NCBI RefSeq assembly: GCF_016592615.1
Contig: NZ_AP013043.1
Span: 1,290,001 to 1,322,000 of the forward strand
Direction: 5' to 3'
Length of the DNA stretch: 32,000 nt
DNA from: Isorropodon fossajaponicum endosymbiont JTNG4
Lineage (GTDB): Bacteria > Pseudomonadota > Gammaproteobacteria > PS1 > Pseudothioglobaceae
The translations under genes and the position numbers were made by a program. Under the pieces are notes generated by a model. That model saw only the letters and a program-made list of their open reading frames with translations, searched no databases and had not been told where the DNA came from. This document shows, one piece after another, positions 9,365 through 16,321 of the stretch. Positions within the stretch are counted from its first letter, which is position 1, and each line of letters opens with the position of its first letter.

Positions 9365-10089
9365 GCCTAGTGTATAGCTTTATCAGCATGTTTTGGGATG
9401 TTGCTCCTATTGCAGTAGTGTTGTTTGGTTTTCAAACCATCATCCTTAAAGAAAAAATACCACACTTAAAGAAAATTATCACAGGATTTATTTTAGTGTG
9501 GATTGGACTGACTTTATTTATTGTTGGCTTAGAAAAAGCACTATTTCCTTTAGGAAAATTAATGGCAAACCAACTTACATCAAGTAGTTTTATCGGTAGT
9601 GGCACACTTGGCTGGGGTGATTATTATTGGATTTATATCTTTGCAGCCAGCATTGGCTTTGCCACAACCATTGCCGAACCATCCTTACTAGCAGTTGCCA
9701 TTAAAGCCAATCAAGTCTCTGGTGGTTTCATCAAAGTATGGCCCTTACGAATTGCAGTTGCCATTGGTGTGGCTGTGGGTATTGCCATCGGCAGTTTTCG
9801 CATTGTAGCTGGGCTGCCACTACACTATTTTATTATTACCGGCTACGTTGTTGTACTGATACAAACCTATTTTGCACCTAAAAATATTATTGCACTTGCC
9901 TATGATTCTGGCGGTGTCACCACATCTACCGTAACTGTACCACTGGTTGCAGCCCTTGGACTTGGACTTGCGAGTACAATTGATGGGCGTTCTACACTCA
10001 TTGATGGTTTTGGTTTAATCGCCTTCGCCTCACTGTTTCCGATTATGAGCGTGATGGCTTACGTACAAATTATGAAATTTTTAAAATAA
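9361..10089 (+). CDS. polytopic membrane protein, DUF1538-type (paralog B)
   Basis: 242 aa and clearly paralogous to the upstream gene ([15 protein letters not shown]; [16 protein letters not shown]; [14 protein letters not shown]). Start and stop overlap as ATGA. Confidence 0.7.
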   Translation: MSLVYSFISMFWDVAPIAVVLFGFQTIILKEKIPHLKKIITGFILVWIGLTLFIVGLEKALFPLGKLMANQLTSSSFIGSGTLGWGDYYWIYIFAASIGFATTIAEPSLLAVAIKANQVSGGFIKVWPLRIAVAIGVAVGIAIGSFRIVAGLPLHYFIITGYVVVLIQTYFAPKNIIALAYDSGGVTTSTVTVPLVAALGLGLASTIDGRSTLIDGFGLIAFASLFPIMSVMAYVQIMKFLK

Positions 10090-10108
10090 GATAAAAATAG
10101 GAGAGATT

Positions 10109-10459
10109 ATGCACTTTAAACTGATTATCGCTTTTGTTGATTCTGACAAAACTGACAAAATACTTGAGGCTGCTAGAACAAAAGGCGCCACAGGTTCAAC
10201 CATTATTTCTCAAGCACGAGGAGAGGGTCTCAAGCACAACAAAACATTTTTAGGACTCAACATTGAAACACCTAGAGATGTCTTATTACTACTTGTAGAG
10301 CAACACCTTTCTAGAGACATACTAGAAACAATTGCTGATACAGGCCATTTTGAATCCAATCCACAAGAAGGGATTGCTTTTCAAATTGATGTCGAGGATG
10401 CTGTTGGCGTCATGCATCAAATTCATGCACTAGAACACACTATAGAGGAGAAAATATAA
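10109..10459 (+). CDS. PII-like signal-transduction protein (divergent; not canonical GlnB/GlnK)
   Basis: 116 aa with a PII-type layout: FKLIIAFVDSDKTDKILEAARTKGATGSTIISQARGEG, a loop, then VLLLLVE...GIAFQIDVEDAVGV. GGAGAG ribosome-binding site upstream. Confidence 0.65.
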   Translation: MHFKLIIAFVDSDKTDKILEAARTKGATGSTIISQARGEGLKHNKTFLGLNIETPRDVLLLLVEQHLSRDILETIADTGHFESNPQEGIAFQIDVEDAVGVMHQIHALEHTIEEKI

Positions 10460-10863
10460 TGACGTATAATACAATACCAACCCTAGTAAAAGATGTTATG
10501 TGGACACAAGTCGATATTGTTGATTCAAAATGCACCGTGCAAAATGCACTTAATGACATGCAACATAAGAAGACTAAAATGCTTTTGGTTGATAAATCTC
10601 ATGAATATGACGAATACGGCGTAGTACTGATTACTGACATTGCCTCTAAAGTCATTGCCAAAGACCGAGCCCTTGACCGAGTAAATGTGTATGAAATTAT
10701 GAACAAACCTGCCATCTCAGTTCGACCTGATATGGACATTCGCTATTGCGCAAAACTATTGACAAATTTTAGCTTGTCTCGTTGCCCGGTTTTAGATAAT
10801 GGAAAAATTGTTGGCGTGATTAGTTTAACCAGTATTGTCTTTAATGGTTTACGGGTTGTATAG
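10459..10863 (+). CDS. stand-alone CBS-pair domain protein
   Basis: 134 aa with two CBS-like repeats (VKDVMWTQVDIVDSKCTVQNALNDM...; VYEIMNKPAISVRPDMDIRYCAKLL...CPVLDNGKIVGVISLTSIV). Its start overlaps the PII-like stop (TAATG). Confidence 0.7.
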   Translation: MTYNTIPTLVKDVMWTQVDIVDSKCTVQNALNDMQHKKTKMLLVDKSHEYDEYGVVLITDIASKVIAKDRALDRVNVYEIMNKPAISVRPDMDIRYCAKLLTNFSLSRCPVLDNGKIVGVISLTSIVFNGLRVV

Positions 10864-10885
10864 TAAAAAAAATTAGCAAATTAGC

Positions 10886-10914
10886 AAATAGTGATATATT
10901 CACTATTTTATTTT
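10886..10914 (+). terminator. possible weak intrinsic terminator after the CBS gene
   Basis: 9-bp stem AAATAGTGA / TCACTATTT (10886-10894 / 10900-10908) with a 5-nt loop, followed by TATTTT. The stem is AT-rich, so it is weak. Confidence 0.35.
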
Positions 10915-10963
10915 AACCTGCTAGAATGCAGAATTATTTTAATTTTAACAATAGGAAAGAGAA

Positions 10964-11617
10964 ATGAGCGGAATTGTCAATCTAGTCAAATGGCTATTAA
11001 TTATCATCGGTGCTATTGCAACTTATTATGCCGTGTCATTACAAATTAAATATGATGGCGTGACTGGAAAGATTATTAGTGAAATGATTTCACCAAAACT
11101 ACACCCCGATTCGATGGCCAAAGTCTATATGCCAATGGCAAATACTTTATTAGATACAGGCGATATTGCCATGGCATCTGTTGTGCGTGTTAAAGTAGCT
11201 GATGATGTTTCAAATGAGGATGTAGAAGAGGCGATGGAAAGTATCGCAACTGCTGAAAGTGTCCGCTCTGTTGGTATGCTGCCACTTTCAGAAATGGTTG
11301 AAATTCAAACCAATTCAGAGGGCGTCACCAAAGGTCATCCAGATTTTAAAAGACAACGTTTCTTAAAAATTTACCAATATTGTTCACCACGCACGGCCAT
11401 GACTATGGTTGATCACTCAGATGCATTTTCAGCCTACTTGCCTTGCCGTATCGCACTTATTGAAGACAAGTCTGGACAAAGATGGCTCTATACGCTAGAC
11501 ATGAATGCCATGATTTATGGGGGTGCGCCACTACCAAAGTACTTACTTGAAAAAGCACTAGCAGTTCAAGAAACCATGAATGCTATTCAAAATGGTGGTG
11601 CAGAGGGGGATTTTTAG
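10964..11617 (+). CDS. DUF302 domain protein with N-terminal membrane anchor
   Basis: N-terminal TM helix (LVKWLLIIIGAIATYYAV). The C-terminal part, KIYQYCSPRTAMTMVDHSDAFSAYLPCRIALIEDKSGQRWLYTLD, matches the DUF302 core (CnP...LPCR). Confidence 0.65.
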   Translation: MSGIVNLVKWLLIIIGAIATYYAVSLQIKYDGVTGKIISEMISPKLHPDSMAKVYMPMANTLLDTGDIAMASVVRVKVADDVSNEDVEEAMESIATAESVRSVGMLPLSEMVEIQTNSEGVTKGHPDFKRQRFLKIYQYCSPRTAMTMVDHSDAFSAYLPCRIALIEDKSGQRWLYTLDMNAMIYGGAPLPKYLLEKALAVQETMNAIQNGGAEGDF

Positions 11618-11635
11618 AAAAACCTATCGCTATAT

Positions 11636-11673
11636 TCAAAAAAAACCGTCTTTTAGACGTAGACGGTTTTTTT
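11636..11673. terminator. bidirectional intrinsic terminator
   Basis: An A-run, then stem ACCGTCT (11645-11651) / AGACGGT (11661-11667) extendable by A:T pairs, a 9-nt loop, then T7. It lies 20 nt after the DUF302 stop. Confidence 0.7.
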
Positions 11674-11714
11674 ATGTCAGAATAAAAACTTAAACTTATT
11701 TAAACGTACAAAAA

Positions 11715-12665
11715 ATGGAACCCATTTATCACGAATTAGATTTTAATGTTACTTGCGTTGACACGCAACACATACGCAAAGACTTTGTCGCTAGCTATTT
11801 AATCGAAGACAATGGACGAGCTGCTTTTATTGATACAGGCTGCCATCTTTCAGTGCCTGGCCTTTTGGCCACACTAGATGCAAAAAATATTAGCCGTGAA
11901 AGTGTCGACTATATTCTATTAACCCACATTCACCTAGACCATGCAGGTGGTGCAGGTGAACTTATCAAGCACCTACCTAATGCCATGGTTTATGTGCACG
12001 AATATGGCTACAAGCATTTAATTGACTCTTCAAAATTACGCGCAGGTGTTGTGCAAGTTTATGGCGAATTATTTTTTAAGCAATTTTTAGGCGATTTAAT
12101 CCCCATATCAAAACAACGCATCATCATTGCCAAAGATAATGATGAAATAACGTTGGGCAAGCGAATATTAAGATTTATCGACACACCAGGACATGCGCGC
12201 CACCACGTCTGTATTTGGGATGAAAAATCACGTGGCGTTTTTTCTGGTGATACACTCGGTGTGAGTTATCGAGAATTTGACACCAGTCAAGGTAGACTCA
12301 TTTTCCCGCCCACTACTCCCATACAATTTGACCCAGAAGTGTGGAAAAAAACCATCAATCAACTCATGAGTCTTAAGCCAAAATACGCTTATTTAACACA
12401 CTTTAACCGCATTGATTTTAACCAAGATTCCGCCAGTATGCTCATTGAACATATTAATGGATTTGTTAATATTGCCAACACCTTAAAAACACAGCCTAAT
12501 CGCGTTAAAGCTATTAAAGAAGCCCTTCTTAATTATCTATTAGCACTTACTAGTAAACAAGGTGTAATGCTTGACAAGCAACAACAAATCAAACTCTTTA
12601 AGGGCGATTTAGAAATTTGCGCCCAAGGTCTTAATGTTTGGCTTGATCATCAATCTAACAATTGA
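11715..12665 (+). CDS. MBL-fold metallo-hydrolase
   Basis: HxHxDH motif (LTHIHLDHAGG) and a downstream DTPGHARHH motif; 316 aa. Confidence 0.8.
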   Translation: MEPIYHELDFNVTCVDTQHIRKDFVASYLIEDNGRAAFIDTGCHLSVPGLLATLDAKNISRESVDYILLTHIHLDHAGGAGELIKHLPNAMVYVHEYGYKHLIDSSKLRAGVVQVYGELFFKQFLGDLIPISKQRIIIAKDNDEITLGKRILRFIDTPGHARHHVCIWDEKSRGVFSGDTLGVSYREFDTSQGRLIFPPTTPIQFDPEVWKKTINQLMSLKPKYAYLTHFNRIDFNQDSASMLIEHINGFVNIANTLKTQPNRVKAIKEALLNYLLALTSKQGVMLDKQQQIKLFKGDLEICAQGLNVWLDHQSNN

Positions 12666-13005
12666 TTAGCAGGTATGCCCATTGCTGAAGCAATATTTTC
12701 AAGTGGTTTGGTTATTTTTTTATACATAGTTTTTTCAATTTTAGCAATACACGCTTGACTAACACCTAAAGAATCTACCAATTGTTGCTGTGTCATTTTA
12801 AGATAAAGTCTCCACGCCACGCCTTAATGGTTGTACAATCTTTAAGAAAAATGCTGGCAATAACTTCATGTGGCGTATAATTTTCATCATCGTTTGGCTT
12901 GTCGCCTGTACGCATCAACAAATCTTGATAATTACGCCAATCAATCACAGCAAACGCAGGCTTACCATCTTGTTCAAAAACTTGAGGTTTAATATGTGTT
13001 TCCAT
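12650..13005 (-). pseudogene. HigA-like antitoxin (N-terminal domain plus XRE-type HTH), split by a 5-bp tandem duplication
   Basis: METHIKPQVFEQDGKPAFAVIDWRNYQDLL...TIKAWR, then a frame change. The downstream piece MTQQQLVDSLGVSQACIAKIEK...IASAMGIPANQL is the HTH. Removing one copy of CCACG (12812-12816 / 12817-12821) restores ...IKAWRLYLKMTQQQL... in one frame. Confidence 0.7.
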
Positions 13006-13243
13006 CGCGTTTTTTACCCTTTCTATTCGAATAATTTTAACTTTGTTATCATAATCAAATAACACTCTATATCAACCAATTGTTAAACGATAATCATACT
13101 AATGATTCCTTAATTTTCTAACATTACCAACTATCTTGTGGCTCTTGTAACTGTTCAACAGTCCTAATTATTCTCTTTCTTTGACTTATATCGATTTTAC
13201 GTAAATCTTTTTTAATTGTATTCTGTCACTCAATGGTGTTCAT
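13006..13243 (-). pseudogene. RelE/ParE/HigB-family toxin remnant with multiple inactivating lesions
   Basis: An AAGGAG ribosome-binding site precedes the ATG at 13243. The reading is MNTIE*QNTIKKDLRKIDISQRKRIIRTVEQLQEPQDS, then a frameshift, then VGNVRKLRNH*YDYRLTIG*YRVLFDYDNKVKIIRIERV. In-frame stops: TGA 13228-13226, TAG 13101-13099, TGA 13074-13072. The pattern fits the RelE/ParE consensus (kkL.g...YRlriGdYRvl..). Confidence 0.65.
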
Positions 13244-13276
13244 ATTATTCACTCCTTATACTGCTATAGCAATTAC

Positions 13277-13298
13277 AAAAAAAAATACGACCCCGTAT
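13277..13298 (-). terminator. probable intrinsic terminator of pepA
   Basis: The minus strand reads ATACG-GGGT-CGTAT followed by a T-run (9 A on the plus strand, 13277-13285). It lies 27 nt after the pepA stop. The stem is short (5 bp). Confidence 0.45.
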
Positions 13299-13324
13299 CA
13301 TACAAAATATTATAACAACGCAAT

Positions 13325-14752
13325 TTATTTTTTGATTTTATCCAAAATAAATTGCGTTAATAGCGATACTGGACGACCTGTTGCGCCTTTTTTATCACCA
13401 CTTAGCCACGCCGTACCTGCAATGTCTAAATGTGCCCAGCGATAATCTTGGGTAAACCTGGATAAAAAACACCCAGCAGTAATAGAACCTGCTTCACGCC
13501 CGCCAATATTTGCCATATCGGCAAAATTTGATTTCAGCAATTCATCGTACTCATCTTCAATGGGTAATTGCCACACGCCATCAAGTGCAGTTTTAGAAGC
13601 GTTGATAATATCATCAGCCAAATCTTGGTCATTGCTCATAAGCCCAGAATTATGCTTACCTAGTGCAATAATCACCGCACCTGTAAGCGTGGCAACGTCA
13701 ATCACCACTCTTGGGTTAAACTTCTTAACATAAGTCAGTGCATCGCACAAAATCAAGCGTCCTTCTGCATCTGTATTCAAAATTTCAATCGTTTGCCCTG
13801 ACATAGACTTAACAACATCACCAGGCTTAGAGGCATTGTGTGCTGGCATATTCTCAACTGCTGGCACTACAACAACTAAATTAATGTTTGGCTTAATTTG
13901 CGCAATAGCACGCATTGTGCCTAATACGCAAGCTGCACCACACATGTCATATTTCATCTCATCCATACCTGTACCAGGTTTAAGCGAGATACCGCCACTA
14001 TCAAAAGTAACGCCTTTGCCCACGAGTACAATCGGCTTTTCATTGCCACTACCTTGGTAACTCAAACTAATGAGCTTTGGCAACTCAATCGAACCCTTAG
14101 AAACTGATAATAACGACCCCATGCCAAGTTTATCCATGTCCGCCTCTTCTAAAACTTCGCATTCAAGGTTAAACTCTTTAGCCAAGGACATGGCCGTACC
14201 TGCCAAATAGCTAGGTGTACAGACATTGGGTGGTAAATCCCCTAAATGGCGTGTTAAAGACATACCATCAGCAATTGCTTGGCCTTGCATTAAGGCGTGT
14301 GTATTATCCATAGTAGATTGGATGGCAATGTGCTCAATACTACTACTCTTTTTATCACCACCTATTTTTTGAACTTCATAAGTTGCATTATGCATTACTT
14401 TAGCGGTTGTTTTATGCGCCCATGATTCATCAAAACCTTTAATTTCAACACTTTGAATCATTAAATTTTTAGCCTTAATTTCAGCAAGTACAACACTCAC
14501 AGCATTCAACGCTTTAACATAATCCTTGGCATCTACAGGTGCGTCACCAAGCCCAGCAACAATCACTTGCCTAGATTTAAAACCAGAAACCAAACTTAAT
14601 AATAACACCTTTCCAGATTTAGACTCAAAGTGATTAAGTTCAATTAATGTTTGAATATTTTCATCATCAAAAACCATATTAGAATTACAAAACACAATCA
14701 CACTACCACCCTCAAAGTGTTGAATGGTTTCATTAATCAGTGAAAATTCCAT
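13325..14752 (-). CDS. pepA: leucyl aminopeptidase (M17)
   Basis: M17 signature NTDAEGRLILCDAL, plus VGKGVTFDSGGISLKP; 475 aa. Confidence 0.93.
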   Translation of the reverse strand: MEFSLINETIQHFEGGSVIVFCNSNMVFDDENIQTLIELNHFESKSGKVLLLSLVSGFKSRQVIVAGLGDAPVDAKDYVKALNAVSVVLAEIKAKNLMIQSVEIKGFDESWAHKTTAKVMHNATYEVQKIGGDKKSSSIEHIAIQSTMDNTHALMQGQAIADGMSLTRHLGDLPPNVCTPSYLAGTAMSLAKEFNLECEVLEEADMDKLGMGSLLSVSKGSIELPKLISLSYQGSGNEKPIVLVGKGVTFDSGGISLKPGTGMDEMKYDMCGAACVLGTMRAIAQIKPNINLVVVVPAVENMPAHNASKPGDVVKSMSGQTIEILNTDAEGRLILCDALTYVKKFNPRVVIDVATLTGAVIIALGKHNSGLMSNDQDLADDIINASKTALDGVWQLPIEDEYDELLKSNFADMANIGGREAGSITAGCFLSRFTQDYRWAHLDIAGTAWLSGDKKGATGRPVSLLTQFILDKIKK

Positions 14753-14834
14753 CTTAAAACCTCATAAAAAATATAATGCCCGTATTTTACCCAAAAAGGT
14801 AAAATTAATAAGTTTATTCAGCCAATTATTCATC

Positions 14835-15554
14835 ATGCTTAAACTACTATTCATCACAACCGCCTTACTTTCTAGTAGTGCTTTTGCAGACAAGGACGCA
14901 ATTATTGACAGTCTGTATCCATTTTTTGGTACGATTGACAAACAAGATATTACCAAAACACCGTTAAATGGTATTTTTGAAATCATTGTCCATGACCCTA
15001 TTGATTCTCTTTTAGTATCTGAAGATGGCCGTTATTTAATCCAAGGCGATGTTGTTGATTTAACCACTAGGCAGCTTATGCCAATGAGTGGCAAGGTTAA
15101 ATTGATTAAACAGACCTTAATTAACACAATTAATGATATTGATAAAATCATTTACCCAGCAAAAAATGAAAAAAACATCATTCATGTATTTACTGATGTT
15201 GGCTGTCCATTTTGTAAAAAACTTCATAGCGGCATGAAGCAGATGAATGATTTGGGTATTACCGTTAAATACCTCGCTTCGCCACTCGCATCCTTACATC
15301 CAACAGCACAAGGAAAAATGGAAAAAATTTGGTGCGCTGATGATCCAGCTAAAGCGATGGATGATTATAAGAAAAATAACATTATGTCCAACTCAAAAGC
15401 TTGCAATAACCCAGTGGCTGACCAATTGGCAATGTCTAAACAACTCGGTGTGAATGGTACACCTGCTATCTTCTTGAGTGATGGTACGCACTTACCTGGT
15501 TATGTGCCACCTGCCATCTTATTACAAAAAATTAAGGCAACGATTGGCAAATAA
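14835..15554 (+). CDS. dsbC: periplasmic thiol:disulfide interchange protein, DsbC/DsbG family
   Basis: Signal peptide MLKLLFITTALLSSSAFA, starting at the internal ATG 14835. Thioredoxin-fold CxxC motif (DVGCPFCKK) and a C-terminal GTPAIF motif. About 239 aa from this start. Confidence 0.8.
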   Translation: MLKLLFITTALLSSSAFADKDAIIDSLYPFFGTIDKQDITKTPLNGIFEIIVHDPIDSLLVSEDGRYLIQGDVVDLTTRQLMPMSGKVKLIKQTLINTINDIDKIIYPAKNEKNIIHVFTDVGCPFCKKLHSGMKQMNDLGITVKYLASPLASLHPTAQGKMEKIWCADDPAKAMDDYKKNNIMSNSKACNNPVADQLAMSKQLGVNGTPAIFLSDGTHLPGYVPPAILLQKIKATIGK

Positions 15555-15724
15555 CACCACTAGAGTTGTTGCACTAGAGGCGATTTATTCTGTCATTATC
15601 AACAAAAAATCGCTCAGCGCTTTTAATTACCCAGAAGATAGTGACACAGTCTTACAAACAAATACTTTGATGTGATAAATTTTCTATTCATTCGTGCTAT
15701 TTTTTTATATCATTGTTATTATGT

Positions 15725-15991
15725 TTATTCTTGCTGATTAATAATAAACTGTTCCTTTGCTATTCTCAGTAACCCTTTGTTGCTGAAATCGTGTTGCAAA
15801 CATTTTAAATACTCATCTGCAGGTATTTTGTTCAGTGCGGCAAAGTTTAACGACTCATAGACATACGCATTAGCGGTTGGCGCTAAATTGTATTTTTTAT
15901 TGTAATCACAAAAGTCTTTACTGTTTTTCAAAGTGGTTGATGAAACTGCATCCATCACCACCAAGCCTACTGCCATTATTTTCATTCTCAT
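15725..15991 (-). CDS. hypothetical small protein (possible signal peptide)
   Basis: 88-aa ORF with a hydrophobic N-terminus (MRMKIMAVGLVVMDAVSS). I recognise no family. It is divergent from an XRE regulator. Confidence 0.35.
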   Translation of the reverse strand: MRMKIMAVGLVVMDAVSSTTLKNSKDFCDYNKKYNLAPTANAYVYESLNFAALNKIPADEYLKCLQHDFSNKGLLRIAKEQFIINQQE

Positions 15992-16038
15992 AAAGATTTA
16001 ATTATACTAAAAATATCCTACATTAAGATATTTATATT

Positions 16039-16290
16039 ATGAGCAAACGAAATCCATATGACGAACGTCGAGAGATATTAAGGAATTTACTAATCAAACA
16101 TAGAAAAAATGCTGGCATCAAACAAATCCAATTAGCCCAAAAGCTAAATAAGCCACAATCTTTTGTTAGTAAATACGAAAATGTGGAGCGGATGCTAGAC
16201 CCTATTGAGGTTTATGAGGTATGTAACGCCCTTTCTGTTTCTTTTTTGCTAGTCATGAAGCAATTTGAAAAGGCGGTGGTACAGCGCTGA
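16039..16290 (+). CDS. XRE-family helix-turn-helix transcriptional regulator
   Basis: IKQIQLAQKLNKPQSFVSKYENVERMLDPIE fits the Cro/C1-type HTH pattern (Q..lA..l...QS.vSkyE.geR); 83 aa. Confidence 0.7.
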   Translation: MSKRNPYDERREILRNLLIKHRKNAGIKQIQLAQKLNKPQSFVSKYENVERMLDPIEVYEVCNALSVSFLLVMKQFEKAVVQR

Positions 16291-16321
16291 TTAAGTAAAT
16301 CAAACACTACTTGAAAACAAC

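Noticed and set aside
13072-13228. In-frame TGA/TAG codons in the toxin read as recoding (Sec/Pyl or suppressed stops)
   Set aside because: Three stops of two kinds plus a frameshift occur within 80 codons, with no SECIS-like context. Neighbouring genes use TGA and TAG as ordinary terminators. Pseudogenisation is the simpler explanation.
13233-13445. 70-aa plus-strand ORF across the TA promoter, the pepA terminator and the pepA 3' end
   Set aside because: It is mostly antisense to pepA and runs through an A9 tract and a hairpin. The translation is low complexity.
14724-14834. 37-codon N-terminal extension of the dsbC/G ORF
   Set aside because: It overlaps the pepA start codon region. The internal ATG at 14835 is followed by a textbook signal peptide (MLKLLFITTALLSSSAFA).
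15580-15624. GCGATTT...AAATCGC stem (20-nt loop) followed by AGCGCTTTT downstream of dsbC, considered as a terminator
   Set aside because: The loop is large and the second stem very short, so the structure is not convincing. I noted it only as a possibility.
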